A stretch of DNA of 64,000 nt from Mesoflavibacter profundi (GTDB lineage Bacteria > Bacteroidota > Bacteroidia > Flavobacteriales > Flavobacteriaceae), in the NCBI RefSeq assembly GCF_014764305.1, contig NZ_CP061703.1, positions 1,392,800 to 1,456,799 of the forward strand, read 5' to 3'. The position numbers and the translations under genes are program-made. Shown here in pieces: positions 1-10,584 of the stretch (the first letter of the stretch is position 1; the number at the start of each line of letters is the position of its first letter). The notes beneath the pieces are model-generated. The model made no database searches. It was given only the letters and a program-made list of their open reading frames with translations, and was not told the origin of the DNA.

Positions 1-332
1 CTAATTTAAATATACTAATAGACGATGATGCTGCAACTATTACAGGAGAAGCTAAAGATCAAGCAACAAAAGAAAAAGTAGTTTTATTAGTAGGAAATAG
101 CGACGGTATTGCAACAGTAGATGATCAAATGACAGTTGCAGAAGCAGAAGTTGTAGAGCCAGAAGCTCAATTTCATACAGTAGTTAGTGGTGATACATTA
201 GGTAAAATTGCAAAGCACTATTATGGTAATGCAATGAAATATCCAGAAATTTTTGAAGCTAACAAACCAATGCTTACAGATCCAGACAAGATTTATCCTG
301 GACAAGTATTACGTATTCCTGCGTTAGATTAA
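1..332 (+). CDS. BON/LysM domain protein (YgaU/Kbp-like), 5' partial; the reading frame is open from window position 3
   Basis: The frame has no stop codon back to the window edge. The C-terminal sequence HTVVSGDTLGKIAKHYYGN...IYPGQVLRIP is a LysM motif, and the upstream DDDAATITGEAKDQATKEKV stretch looks like a BON domain. Confidence 0.6.
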   Translation, partial: NLNILIDDDAATITGEAKDQATKEKVVLLVGNSDGIATVDDQMTVAEAEVVEPEAQFHTVVSGDTLGKIAKHYYGNAMKYPEIFEANKPMLTDPDKIYPGQVLRIPALD

Positions 333-350
333 ACCAATAAATATAAAATT

Positions 351-386
351 AAACCCAATTTGTTAATTCAAATTGGGTTTTTTTGT
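351..386 (+). terminator. Rho-independent terminator (aacccaattt...aaattgggtt followed by a T-run)
   Basis: A GC-containing inverted repeat followed by tttttt sits directly after the stop of the LysM gene. Confidence 0.5.
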
Positions 387-496
387 AAGAAAACCTTTTT
401 AACTGTTAAAATAAAATGCATTATAACGAATAAATTATGTTTTATATCGATAATTAGATAATTTAATTCGATATAAACCTACTTAATTTTTTTATT

Positions 497-1090
497 ATGA
501 AAAATGTATCCCTTTATGCATTTGCATTTTTAACTTTCTTTTTAACAGTAAGTTGCGACAAAGATCAACCAATTAGTACTAATGCTGAGTTTAATAATAC
601 AGATCCAAATTTTAGGATAAGTACAGCAGATGTAAGTTTGCAAAGAGCATCTTACGATGAGCCTTGCATGGTAACAAATCTAATTGCAGGCCAACATCAT
701 ATTGCAGGAACAGTATCTGTAGATTTAGATGGAGATGATTTAGTGATCACCTATACTACAAATGAAAATTGGTCCATACAAGCAACACATTTAAGCATTG
801 GTAATTGTGAAGATAAAAGTATACCAACAACAGGATCTGGTAATCCTAAAGTTGGACATTTTGAGCATTCTACAACACATAACCCAGATGTAAATACAGT
901 ATCTTATTATTTAGATGCGTCTGTATTGCAAGAAAACTATTGTTTTGCTGCACATGCAGAAGTAAATGGACCAACTGGTGGAGAAACAGCTTGGGCAGAA
1001 GGTACAGATTTTGCGGGCAATAATTGGGCTATGTTTGTAGAAGCTTATTTATCCGATTGTAACGTAGATGATGCTCCTGTTGAAAAATAA
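497..1090 (+). CDS. Hypothetical lipoprotein (signal peptide, VSC lipobox)
   Basis: The protein has an N-terminal hydrophobic signal followed by a cysteine. I recognise no family. Confidence 0.5.
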   Translation: MKNVSLYAFAFLTFFLTVSCDKDQPISTNAEFNNTDPNFRISTADVSLQRASYDEPCMVTNLIAGQHHIAGTVSVDLDGDDLVITYTTNENWSIQATHLSIGNCEDKSIPTTGSGNPKVGHFEHSTTHNPDVNTVSYYLDASVLQENYCFAAHAEVNGPTGGETAWAEGTDFAGNNWAMFVEAYLSDCNVDDAPVEK

Positions 1091-1096
1091 GAATTA

Positions 1097-1127
1097 AAAA
1101 AGCCAACATTTAAGTTGGCTTTTTTTT
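1097..1127. terminator. Bidirectional rho-independent terminator between convergent genes
   Basis: The hairpin aaaaagccaac-attt-aagttggctttttttt is flanked by A-runs and T-runs on both sides. Confidence 0.55.
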
Positions 1128-1144
1128 ATAATAAATATCTAGTT

Positions 1145-1582
1145 TTAACTTTCAAATGTAGTGTTTAAGCTAATATCTACACTACTTAAAGCTTTGCTTA
1201 CAGGACAACCTTTTTTAGCACCTTCGGCAAGTTCTTTAAATTTTGCTTCGTCCATACCATCTACTTTTCCAGTAAGGTCTAATTGTATATGGGTAAAGGC
1301 AAAACCGCCATCTTGTTGCTCTACAGTAATTGTAGCATCTACGTCTAATTTGTTAGCTTCAAAACCTGCTTCTTGTATGGCAAAACTAAGTGCCATAGCA
1401 AAACAACCAGCATGTGCAGCTGCAATTAGTTCTTCTGGGTTTGTTCCAGCTTTACCGTCTTCGTTTTCAAAACGAGCTTTAAAATTATAAGGTGTATTGT
1501 CTAAAACGCCACTTGGTCCATTTAAAATACCTTTACCGTCTTTACCTGTACCTTGCCAAATGGCTGTTGCTTTTCTCTTCAT
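1145..1582 (-). CDS. OsmC/Ohr family peroxiredoxin-like protein
   Basis: Its size and sequence (HAGCFAMALSFA, two conserved Cys, ...KKGCPVSKAL) fit the OsmC fold. Confidence 0.8.
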   Translation of the reverse strand: MKRKATAIWQGTGKDGKGILNGPSGVLDNTPYNFKARFENEDGKAGTNPEELIAAAHAGCFAMALSFAIQEAGFEANKLDVDATITVEQQDGGFAFTHIQLDLTGKVDGMDEAKFKELAEGAKKGCPVSKALSSVDISLNTTFES

Positions 1583-1813
1583 AAAATAATTTAATTTTTG
1601 GTTTACTATAAAATTAAAGCTTTTACTAAAGAAATAGGGTTAAGGAAATTGTAAATGTTTTGGGAAGTTTTGATTAACGTATTTGTTTACGTTTTTTTGC
1701 GGAAAAAGTACGCAAGTCATTTTCCGATGTTTCGGAAAGATAATTAATAAGATTGAATTTCCGGTGAGGAAATTCAGCAGCAATGGAATATAACAGTTGT
1801 TATGTAAAGTTTT

Positions 1814-2785
1814 TTATATTTCAAGTTTTATTTTATGTATTCTATCATTTTTTCCAAAAGGTTTCCCATTAATAATTGGGATTTTAAGAACTATTTTGTC
1901 GTCAATTTTTAAAATGAGAGTGATTTCGTTCACTTTCTCTTTATCCCTAATTTCATTAAGTGACAAAATATTAAATACTGTTTCATAATCCTCTTCAATT
2001 TTATAATCTTTTTTGCTATTAGAAATTATATCTAATTCTGAATTAAACCAATCATGTTTTTTATTACCAAAGGTTTTAATTATGAATTTATCGGAATTAT
2101 CATATGCAAAGGTCAAAGTTCCACTATAGAAATCAGAGTTTTTCTCTTTTTGGTCAATTTCATAACCAACATAAAAGTCAATATTAGAATTCGGTATCAA
2201 ACTTGAAATGATTTTCAAATTTGATTTTACAATGGACTTATTACTATAATCATAAAATTCATAAGTGTCTTTTTCTAAACAACAACCAAATTGATATGTC
2301 TTATAAATTTTATTATCTAACTCGATTTGATGGCATTCTTTTTCAATATTATAGAGAACATTATTTGGCTTATCAAAATGACTTAATTCTATTTTTATAT
2401 TCTTTTTGGTTCCTTCGCTTTGGATAGATCCTTTAGTTTCAGTAATATATTTCGCAATAAAAACACCATTAGTATCATCAAGAGAAATATGTTTTATGCT
2501 ATAAGTTGTTTCTTTAGTAAAGTAGTTGCCAAAAAAAACTGAATCATGTGGAATTACTTTAAAGTAAGAGGTTCCTTCATCATATTTTTCTTTGTTAGTC
2601 CAAAATGTATCTTTCGTTTTCTTTTTCTCTAATTCCTTTTGGTATTGTTGAATGGAATCTATTAATGTTACATTATTCTTCTCTAACGTTGAAATTCTTT
2701 TGTTCAGTTCATTAAGCTTTGAATTATTACAAGAAGTATTAATTAAGGCAATTAATAAAATTAATATGACTTTCATTTTGTTCAA
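1814..2785 (-). CDS. Hypothetical lipoprotein
   Basis: It has a signal peptide plus a TSC lipobox and is lysine-rich. No family recognised. Confidence 0.45.
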   Translation of the reverse strand: MNKMKVILILLIALINTSCNNSKLNELNKRISTLEKNNVTLIDSIQQYQKELEKKKTKDTFWTNKEKYDEGTSYFKVIPHDSVFFGNYFTKETTYSIKHISLDDTNGVFIAKYITETKGSIQSEGTKKNIKIELSHFDKPNNVLYNIEKECHQIELDNKIYKTYQFGCCLEKDTYEFYDYSNKSIVKSNLKIISSLIPNSNIDFYVGYEIDQKEKNSDFYSGTLTFAYDNSDKFIIKTFGNKKHDWFNSELDIISNSKKDYKIEEDYETVFNILSLNEIRDKEKVNEITLILKIDDKIVLKIPIINGKPFGKNDRIHKIKLEI

Positions 2786-2881
2786 ATTGTACCTAATGTA
2801 ATGATAAAGCGAGTTTCCAATTTGTATTATCGGTTGTTAAACGAAATTAGCTGTAAAATTTGACAAAATCAAATGGATTTA

Positions 2882-3460
2882 TTACCTATAAAAATTCATT
2901 TGATCTAGATATTCCCAAACGTGTTCAGGTAATAATGGTTTTACGTTTTTACCTTCTTTTATTGCTTTTCTAACCATAGTAGAAGATAACTCTATAATTG
3001 GCGCATCTACACGTGTTATTTTTGGGTGATTGTTAAATTGTGTATCTACTTTACCTTCACTAATTCTTGGGTAAACATAAATGGAGTGATACTCTAAAAT
3101 GGTTTGGTAGTTTTTCCATTTATGGAAGCTTTTTAAATTATCCTCGCCCATAATTAAGGCAAAATCGTGATTAGGATATTTTTCGGTTAAATGGACTAAG
3201 GTATTAACAGTGTAGTTGGGTTGTGGTAAGTTAAACTCGATATCGCTTTCTTTTAAGGTATCGTATTCTTTTGTAGCCAAATAGACCATTTCTAAACGCT
3301 GGTAATTGTCTAAAAGCGTGCTTTTGTTTTTAAACGGATTATGTGGCGTTACGACAAACCAGATTTGGTCTAAATCGCTATTTTCTACCAATTGGTTGGC
3401 TATAATTAAATGCCCAATGTGTATTGGGTTAAAAGATCCAAAGTATAAGCCTATTTTCAT
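2882..3460 (-). CDS. nadD: Nicotinate-nucleotide adenylyltransferase
   Basis: The sequence GLYFGSFNPIHIGHL carries the (H/T)xGH nucleotidyltransferase motif. Length is 192 aa. Confidence 0.85.
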   Translation of the reverse strand: MKIGLYFGSFNPIHIGHLIIANQLVENSDLDQIWFVVTPHNPFKNKSTLLDNYQRLEMVYLATKEYDTLKESDIEFNLPQPNYTVNTLVHLTEKYPNHDFALIMGEDNLKSFHKWKNYQTILEYHSIYVYPRISEGKVDTQFNNHPKITRVDAPIIELSSTMVRKAIKEGKNVKPLLPEHVWEYLDQMNFYR

Positions 3461-3546
3461 GATTTTGATGTTCTCGATACAATTTTTTTTTACTTCGGCT
3501 ACACTTAGTAACCATTCAAAAAATCACTCGAACTGACGTTTGTTAA

Positions 3547-4134
3547 CTATTGTTTTACAAATGCACCAACTAAATTTTCTGCTTCTGTTAATGCTTTTTC
3601 TAGATTATCATTTTCTATAATAACATCAAAAAGCGGAGCTGTTGCAAGTTCTGCACTTGCTTTAGCGATACGCATATTTATCTTGTCTTCGCTTTCTGTT
3701 TTACGTTTTTTAAGTCGTATTTTAAGCTCGTCTATACTTGGTGGTTTTACAAAAACAGCAAGTGTTTGCTCTGGGAATTTTCTTTTAATACGCAATCCGC
3801 CAGATACATCTATATCAAAAATAACGTTTTTACCTAATGCCCAAAGACGCTCGACTTCACTTTTTAAAGTACCGTAAAAATTATCGCGGTAAACTTCTTC
3901 CCATTCTAAAAAATCGTCGTCTTTTATATGTTGTTTAAAGTCTTTTAATGATAAAAAGTAGTAGTCTTTACCATGCTCTTCTGTACCACGTTTTTCTCTG
4001 GAAGTTGCAGAAATTGAGAAGGCTAAATTTAAATTATCGTCTTTAAGTAAATGTCTTACAATGGTTGTTTTTCCTGATCCAGAAGGTGCAGAAAATACTA
4101 TTAATTTACCTTGTTTTGTGTTGTCTTTAGTCAA
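3547..4134 (-). CDS. gmk: Guanylate kinase
   Basis: It has a GSGKTT P-loop and ends ...REKRGTEEHGKDYYF. Length is 195 aa. Confidence 0.85.
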   Translation of the reverse strand: MTKDNTKQGKLIVFSAPSGSGKTTIVRHLLKDDNLNLAFSISATSREKRGTEEHGKDYYFLSLKDFKQHIKDDDFLEWEEVYRDNFYGTLKSEVERLWALGKNVIFDIDVSGGLRIKRKFPEQTLAVFVKPPSIDELKIRLKKRKTESEDKINMRIAKASAELATAPLFDVIIENDNLEKALTEAENLVGAFVKQ

Positions 4135-4191
4135 GTCTTTTATTTTAAGTACGCTTAGACAAGCTTAGCGTGACATATAGTTTTTAAATTA

Positions 4192-5055
4192 TTAAAGTAC
4201 GTTAAGTAATTGTTCTTTAATTTTTTCAAGTTCGTCTTTCATTTGTACGACCAATTGTTGCATTGGTGCGTAGTTACTTTTAGAACCAATCGTGTTTATT
4301 TCTCTACCAATTTCTTGGCTTATAAATCCTAGTTTTTTACCGTTGCTATCTGGGCTATTTATACTTTCTGTAAAATAATTTAAATGGTTGTTTAAACGTA
4401 CTTTTTCTTCGGTAATATCAAATTTTTCGATGTAGTAAACTAGTTCTTGTTCAAAACGATTTTCGTCGTACTTTTCTTTAAGTTCTTCAATCCCTTTTTT
4501 TAATCGTTCTCTAACACCTTCAATACGTTCTGGATCTATAGCTATTACTTGATTTAACAAGTCAGCGATGTTTTTTATACGGGCATTAAAATCTGCTTCT
4601 AACACTTTTCCTTCGTCTAAACGGTGTTCGTTTAAAGCGTTTATAGCAGTGTTAATTTCTGTGTTAATTTGCGACCATTCGTTTTCGTCAATTTCTTCTC
4701 TAACCGTATTTAAAGCATCAGGAAAACGAACTGCCATTTTTAGTAATTCGGTATCATCACCATTTACAACTTCCTTTAATTGTTGCATGTATTGTTTTAC
4801 AACTGGCGTGTTAATTTGTGTAGAAGTGTCGTCTGCAGTGGTTTCTACATAAATAGAAAAATCTACTTTACCACGAACCAATTTATTAGCAATGTTTTTT
4901 CGTACCTCAAGTTCTTTTTCTCTATAAATAGAAGGCATGCGTGCATTCAAATCTAGGTTTTTGCTGTTAAGCGATTTTAACTCGATTGTAATTTTTTTTG
5001 TTGGCAACTGTAAAACAGATTTACCATAACCTGTCATTGAATATATCATAAACAA
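4192..5055 (-). CDS. YicC family stress-induced protein
   Basis: The N-terminus MTGYG and a length near 290 aa are typical of YicC/YloC. It lies next to gmk, as in many bacteria. Confidence 0.75.
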   Translation of the reverse strand: MFMIYSMTGYGKSVLQLPTKKITIELKSLNSKNLDLNARMPSIYREKELEVRKNIANKLVRGKVDFSIYVETTADDTSTQINTPVVKQYMQQLKEVVNGDDTELLKMAVRFPDALNTVREEIDENEWSQINTEINTAINALNEHRLDEGKVLEADFNARIKNIADLLNQVIAIDPERIEGVRERLKKGIEELKEKYDENRFEQELVYYIEKFDITEEKVRLNNHLNYFTESINSPDSNGKKLGFISQEIGREINTIGSKSNYAPMQQLVVQMKDELEKIKEQLLNVL

Positions 5056-5186
5056 AATGAATTTATTAAGCGCAAAGGTAAGTAAAATGTTATCGCTACA
5101 GAAATTGAAATTTAACAGCTTATTTAGAAATTTTATTATGCATGCACAGTAAATAATTGTAGTTTTGACAATTAAACACTTTAAAT

Positions 5187-5666
5187 ATGTACAAAAAACA
5201 GTTTGAAATACGTTGGAGTGATATAGATGCTAATAGGCATTTAGCCAACTCTGCTTATATTAATTTTATGAGTCATACGCGTACAGCGTTTTTACATGAA
5301 CACGGATTTTCTTTATCAGAATTGGTAAAAGAAGGTCTTGGTCCAGTAGTTTTTCATGAGCATGTACATTATTTTAAAGAAACCTTTTTAGGTTATCCAG
5401 TAACCGTAACTCTTGAAGTTTCTGGTTTAAGTGAAGACGGAATGTTCTTTAAATTTGATCATAATTTTTACAATCATAAAGGTGAAAATCTTGCCTTTTG
5501 TGAAATTTTTGGAGCTTGGATAGATTTAAACTCTAGAAAATTAACTAATCTTCCAGACGATCTTTTAGAGTTAACAAAACATTTCCCTAAAACTGAAGAC
5601 TTTAGCATCTTAACCAAAGAAGATACTAGAAAACATAACAGAAAACCAAAAAACCTAAGCTTGTAG
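5187..5666 (+). CDS. Acyl-CoA thioesterase (hotdog fold, YbgC/4HBT-like)
   Basis: The N-terminal region (EIRWSDIDANRHLANSAY) matches a 4HBT thioesterase motif. Confidence 0.65.
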   Translation: MYKKQFEIRWSDIDANRHLANSAYINFMSHTRTAFLHEHGFSLSELVKEGLGPVVFHEHVHYFKETFLGYPVTVTLEVSGLSEDGMFFKFDHNFYNHKGENLAFCEIFGAWIDLNSRKLTNLPDDLLELTKHFPKTEDFSILTKEDTRKHNRKPKNLSL

Positions 5667-6551
5667 TTTAGGTTTTTTTGTAACCAAATACACGCCTAAA
5701 AATATTAATGCAGACGCTAACACTTTAACTGTTGTTAAAGCATCGCTTCCCATAATAATTGCAAAAATACCTGCGATTAATGGTTGCATATAAATAAATA
5801 CAGTTACTGTAGATGCGCGTAAGTGTCTTAAAGCTAAAGGGTTTAATAGGTAAGTCCCAAACGTTGCGCCAACAATTACAAATATTACCGAAAACCAAAT
5901 ATATGGTGTAAATGTACTTGTGTTGATTACCGTTAAATCTGAATATCCAAACGGTAAAACCATAAAAAAGCCAAACAAAAACAGCCATTTAATAAACGTA
6001 AATGGATGATATTTTTCGGTTAATCGCTTTATAATTATAATGTAAATACTATAGGATAATGCATTAATTAACACCATAATATTTCCTAATAAAACATTGT
6101 CTCCTGGATTTGGTGATTTACCATAAACAGTTAGTATCGCTGCGCCAGTAAATCCAAAAACAACACCTAAAACCTTAAGTTTTGTAATCTTTTCATTAAG
6201 ATAAAAAGAAGATAGTATTAATACGATAATAGGACTAGTAATCATTATTACCGATGCATGTATTGGTGTAGTAAGCTCTAAGCCTTTAAAGAAAAAAAGC
6301 ATGTTTACTACAACTCCAAAAATAGAAGCAAGTAAAAATGTTTTGTAGTCTTTTTTGTCAATTTTTTCTTTTGGTGCAAAAAGGCTAACAATCCAAAATA
6401 AAATAGTAGCTCCAGCTACACGAAGTACAATAAAACCAAAGGGTTTAATATGTCCATTTACCATGACATCTTTAGCAAATGTAAAGTTTAAGCCATACAA
6501 TAATTGCACAATAAATGCTGCAATTAAAGCAAGTATACGTAGTTTATTCAT
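5655..6551 (-). CDS. EamA/DMT superfamily transporter
   Basis: About ten predicted TM helices in 298 aa, with a duplicated EamA-like architecture. Confidence 0.7.
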   Translation of the reverse strand: MNKLRILALIAAFIVQLLYGLNFTFAKDVMVNGHIKPFGFIVLRVAGATILFWIVSLFAPKEKIDKKDYKTFLLASIFGVVVNMLFFFKGLELTTPIHASVIMITSPIIVLILSSFYLNEKITKLKVLGVVFGFTGAAILTVYGKSPNPGDNVLLGNIMVLINALSYSIYIIIIKRLTEKYHPFTFIKWLFLFGFFMVLPFGYSDLTVINTSTFTPYIWFSVIFVIVGATFGTYLLNPLALRHLRASTVTVFIYMQPLIAGIFAIIMGSDALTTVKVLASALIFLGVYLVTKKPKLQA

Positions 6552-6897
6552 TTAATGCTTGTTTAACCGCTTCAATATTTTTTTTACTACTACCAATAAA
6601 AATAGTATTGTTTATAATTATTACTGGTCTGCTTAAAAATGTATAATGTTCTAATAGATAATGTCTAAAATCTTTTTCGGTTAGATTTTGGTCTTTTAAA
6701 CCCATTTCTTTGTAAAGCTTAGCACGTTTGCTAAACAACGCTTCGTAACTTCCAGCTAATGTTGCTAACTCGTCAACTTGTTTTGCTGTTAAAGGTTCGT
6801 TTTTAATCTCTTGAAAGGTAAAAGTATTATCAAGATTTAAATCGTTAATAATTCTTGTACAGGTATTGCAAGTTTTAAGGAAGTATACTTTTTTCAT
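6544..6897 (-). CDS. ArsC/Spx family protein (YffB-like)
   Basis: A CxxC-like N-terminus (KTCNTCTR) and a length of 117 aa. Confidence 0.7.
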   Translation of the reverse strand: MKKVYFLKTCNTCTRIINDLNLDNTFTFQEIKNEPLTAKQVDELATLAGSYEALFSKRAKLYKEMGLKDQNLTEKDFRHYLLEHYTFLSRPVIIINNTIFIGSSKKNIEAVKQALNE

Positions 6898-7068
6898 TAG
6901 TTATGGTGTTTGTAGGCAAATTTCGATTTTTTTTGCAAAAGTTTAATGCTTTTTCTGGCAAAACTTCCGCGAAAGCGAATTATTAATTTCTTTTTTTATT
7001 CTTAAAATTGAACTGAAATTAGTTTAAAATTATTGAAATTTTTAATTTTATTGAAAATTGAAATTACT

Positions 7069-7524
7069 ATGGATTTTGCATTTGATACGACTTTAAAAAG
7101 TAGAAAATTTTTAAAAGGATTACTAGAAAATTTAACCTTAGAACAACTTAATAAAGTGCCTGAAGGTTTTAATAATAATATTATTTGGAATGTTGCTCAT
7201 ACCATTGTAACACAACAATTGTTGGTTTATAAATTATCAGGTATTCCTATGATTGTAAGTGATGAGTTGGTAGAAATGTATAGAAAAGGTACAAAAGTAG
7301 AACGTGATGTTACACAAGCAGAAGTTGATCTAATTAAGGGTTTACTGTTTAGTACTATAGAGAAAACTAAAGAAGATTATGATAACCGTATTTTTCAAAC
7401 CTATCACGAATACACGGTAACAACTAAAAGTACATTAACTAATGTAGATGAAGCGATTGCGTTTAACAACTTTCATGAAGGTATACATTTAGGTTATGTA
7501 TTGGCTTTAAAACGCGTTATTTAG
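7069..7524 (+). CDS. DinB/YfiT-like family protein; the real start is probably the ATG at 7069 inside the 7033 ORF
   Basis: The four-helix DinB_2 sequence pattern (NIIWNVAHTIV..., HEGIHLGY) is present. Confidence 0.55.
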   Translation: MDFAFDTTLKSRKFLKGLLENLTLEQLNKVPEGFNNNIIWNVAHTIVTQQLLVYKLSGIPMIVSDELVEMYRKGTKVERDVTQAEVDLIKGLLFSTIEKTKEDYDNRIFQTYHEYTVTTKSTLTNVDEAIAFNNFHEGIHLGYVLALKRVI

Positions 7525-8261
7525 TATTTTAAAAATGGGTTAGCAACTGTGTAAGGAATTGTAAATTCTACAGCGTCTTTACTTAATGCGCCAAACTCAA
7601 AATCATTATAAATTATTATTACACCATCGTCATTAAAGCCTATTGTTTCTGGAAGTTTAAAGTCTAGGTTTTTTGCTTGTAGACTTGTATGAACAGTCAT
7701 TAATTCTTTGTCGTAGTACTTTTTTACTAATGCGGTAAATTGGTCTATATCATTAATTAAATCTTTAGTTTTTAAAGATTTTCCTGTTGCTAGATCAAAA
7801 TTAAAAAACTTAAACACTAAGTTGTTATTAGCAGCATTTGTAATGACACTTCCTGTCATAGCAATGCTAACAATACTTTCGTTTTTATAAGAAATTTCTC
7901 CATCTACAAATGCTTCCCAATTAGGGAAATCGCCTTCAAATTCTTTAAGTATTAAAGCGTTAAAATCTTTGTAAGCATTGTTAAAAGCGATTATACTTTC
8001 TTCGATAGTTAATTTTTTTTCTTTAGCACTATCTATATTTAAAATATCGCAAGCAAACTTAGTAAGTGTATTATTTATTGTTGATGCAATATTAGAATCG
8101 CCATTTGCTTTAGGTATTACAACTTCTACCAAAGTTTCTTTTTCAGAAAAAATATTGATTTCAGAAAAAGAAATATTAGTTTCTTTTTTACATGAAACAC
8201 TACTTAAAAAGACTAAAATGATAAGTAAAAATGGCGATTTTAATTTCATAACGTTAAACAT
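7521..8261 (-). CDS. Lipoprotein, DUF3298/DUF4163-like
   Basis: Signal peptide with an SC lipobox. Its composition resembles RsiV-like DUF3298 proteins. Confidence 0.45.
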   Translation of the reverse strand: MFNVMKLKSPFLLIILVFLSSVSCKKETNISFSEINIFSEKETLVEVVIPKANGDSNIASTINNTLTKFACDILNIDSAKEKKLTIEESIIAFNNAYKDFNALILKEFEGDFPNWEAFVDGEISYKNESIVSIAMTGSVITNAANNNLVFKFFNFDLATGKSLKTKDLINDIDQFTALVKKYYDKELMTVHTSLQAKNLDFKLPETIGFNDDGVIIIYNDFEFGALSKDAVEFTIPYTVANPFLKY

Positions 8262-8310
8262 AATTTAAAGCAAGACGTGTAGTTTGAATACAACGAATTA
8301 AACGTTATTT

Positions 8311-9474
8311 TTGTTGCAATCAAAACAATTTACTATGAAATTTAATACAAAAACGATACATGGTGGACAAAAACATGACCCAGCTTATGGTGCTGTTATG
8401 CCTCCAATTTATCAAACTTCTACATACGCACAATCTACACCTGGTGGACATAAAGGTTTTGAATATTCTAGAACACACAATCCAACACGTCAAGCTTTAG
8501 AAAATGCGTTTGCTAGTATAGAAAACGGGCAATATGGTCTAGCGTTTGGATCTGGACTTGCTGCAATAGATGCTGTAATGAAGCTATTAAAACCTGGTGA
8601 CGAAGTAATAAGCACTAACGATTTATACGGTGGAACTTACAGATTATTTACCAAAATATTTGAAGATTTTGGGATCAAGTTTCATTTTATCGGTATGCAA
8701 AATGCTAGTAATATTGAAGATTATATAAATGATAATACCAAACTAATTTGGGTAGAAACACCAACAAACCCAATGATGAATATTATCGATATAAAAGCAA
8801 CTGCAGAGATTGCAAAAAAACACAATGTGCTTTTAGCGGTAGATAATACGTTTGCTACGCCATATTTACAACAACCATTAGATCTAGGAGCAGATTTAGT
8901 AATGCACTCGGCAACAAAATATATAGGTGGTCATAGTGATTTAGTCATGGGCGCACTAATTGTTAAAGATAAAGACTTAGCAGATCGTTTATATTTTATA
9001 CAAAATGCAAGTGGCGCTGTTTGTGGACCACAAGATTCTTTTTTAGCGCTTCGCGGAATTAAAACATTACATGTAAGAATGCAACGTCATTGTGAAAACG
9101 GAAAAGCGGTTGCAGAATATTTAGCATCACATCCAAAAATTGAAAAGGTGTATTGGCCAGGTTTTGAAAGTCATCCAAACCATGAAGTTGCTAAATCTCA
9201 AATGAAAGATTTTGGTGGTATGATAAGTTTCGTTACCAAAGGAAACAGTTATGAAGATGCTATTAGAATAGTAGAAAATCTTAAAGTATTTACATTAGCC
9301 GAATCTTTAGGTGGTGTAGAGTCTTTATGTGGTCATCCAGCAAGTATGACACATGCAAGTATACCAAAAGAAGAACGAGAAAAGACAGGCGTAGTAGATG
9401 CGTTAATTAGATTAAGTGTAGGAATAGAAGACGAAGAAGATTTAATTAATGATCTTAAACAAGCTATTGGATAA
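8311..9474 (+). CDS. Cys/Met-metabolism PLP-dependent enzyme (cystathionine gamma-synthase/lyase family)
   Basis: A PLP-lysine region (SATKYIGGHSD) is present, the length is 387 aa, and the N-terminal TIHGG motif fits the family. Confidence 0.8.
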   Translation: MLQSKQFTMKFNTKTIHGGQKHDPAYGAVMPPIYQTSTYAQSTPGGHKGFEYSRTHNPTRQALENAFASIENGQYGLAFGSGLAAIDAVMKLLKPGDEVISTNDLYGGTYRLFTKIFEDFGIKFHFIGMQNASNIEDYINDNTKLIWVETPTNPMMNIIDIKATAEIAKKHNVLLAVDNTFATPYLQQPLDLGADLVMHSATKYIGGHSDLVMGALIVKDKDLADRLYFIQNASGAVCGPQDSFLALRGIKTLHVRMQRHCENGKAVAEYLASHPKIEKVYWPGFESHPNHEVAKSQMKDFGGMISFVTKGNSYEDAIRIVENLKVFTLAESLGGVESLCGHPASMTHASIPKEEREKTGVVDALIRLSVGIEDEEDLINDLKQAIG

Positions 9475-9493
9475 TTATCTAAAAATAAAACAA

Positions 9494-9526
9494 AAAAGCC
9501 AACTGTAAAAGTTGGCTTTTTTTATG
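9494..9526. terminator. Bidirectional rho-independent terminator
   Basis: Hairpin aaaaagccaactgtaaaagttggcttttttt. Confidence 0.55.
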
Positions 9527-9541
9527 TTGTAAATTTAATTT

Positions 9542-10357
9542 TTAATCTAAATAATAGATATAACCAAAGTTTAGCCATACTAACCAATCGTTATATTTAT
9601 TAGAGTCTAATTGGTGATTTAAACCATCAATCCAATCGTTAGCAAAATATTGCCCACGTAAGTCTAGCATTAAATCTGAAACTACAGTAAGTTTATATCT
9701 TACACCAATACTAGATACAATAGACCAAGTACTTCCAGACGTTGGATCTACTGGTTTTTCAAAATCTTGATCTAAATTAGGATTTGTTGTATACCAAGGT
9801 GAATAAAAGTTATTCATATTAGCTACACTTTGGTCTCCATAATTTGTGTAAACTTTAGGATTGTACGACACATAATGTGCACCAAGACTTACAAATGGTG
9901 CAAATTTATAGCCAAAAGCCTGGAACGATCTAATACTTAAAGGAAAATACTCTAATTGCATACCTATATCTAAGTTATTAGCTTCACCAGAATGCGCTCT
10001 AAGTTTTTGAGCCTCGACACTAGTTCTATACGGTTGTACCCATTCACCTAAATGATTTAGCTTGGTTTTATTCCAAGATATTTCTGTTCTAAGTTTAAAG
10101 TGATCGTTAAAATAGTTATCTGTAGTATAACAATTACAATCTGCTTGATAAGAAAAGTTAATGTAGTGAACAAGTCCAATACCAATACCAGAGTTACCAG
10201 CGTTAGTTTCGTAATCTAAACGTTCTCCAAAATCAGATTTAAAGGCAACAGGACCAGTTATAATACCAATTTCGTGCGAGAAGCCTAACTGAGAAAATGC
10301 AGTAGTACTAGTTAAAACGACTAGTAAAATCAACGTTAATTGTTTATGGTTAAGCAT
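9542..10357 (-). CDS. Predicted outer-membrane beta-barrel protein
   Basis: Signal peptide, alternating hydrophobic/aromatic pattern and a C-terminal aromatic residue. Confidence 0.4.
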   Translation of the reverse strand: MLNHKQLTLILLVVLTSTTAFSQLGFSHEIGIITGPVAFKSDFGERLDYETNAGNSGIGIGLVHYINFSYQADCNCYTTDNYFNDHFKLRTEISWNKTKLNHLGEWVQPYRTSVEAQKLRAHSGEANNLDIGMQLEYFPLSIRSFQAFGYKFAPFVSLGAHYVSYNPKVYTNYGDQSVANMNNFYSPWYTTNPNLDQDFEKPVDPTSGSTWSIVSSIGVRYKLTVVSDLMLDLRGQYFANDWIDGLNHQLDSNKYNDWLVWLNFGYIYYLD

Positions 10358-10526
10358 AATAAGGCTTTAGTTTTAGAGGCTAAATATCCAACAAATATAT
10401 AAAATCACGACTAACATACAAATAATACAGATAAAATGCGATAATTAATTTTAAAATATCAAAAAAGACAATAACTAAAACGTTTGCGAAAAGTTAAAAA
10501 AGTAGGCTAAATGTTTAAAGATAATG

Positions 10527-10534
10527 TATATTTG
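10527..10534 (+). promoter_or_regulatory. Candidate Bacteroidota sigma-A -7 element (TATATTTG) upstream of gdhA
   Basis: The sequence matches the TAnnTTTG consensus about 50 bp upstream of the gdhA start. Confidence 0.3.
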
Positions 10535-10584
10535 TACTGCAATTTGACACCAAAATTAAAAGTGTCATAATTTTTATTGTAATA

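Noticed and set aside
1161-1490. 109-aa plus-strand ORF embedded antisense within the OsmC gene
   Set aside because: It lies entirely inside a well-supported conserved gene on the opposite strand and has a low-complexity Ser/Ala composition. It is most likely an antisense ORF artefact.
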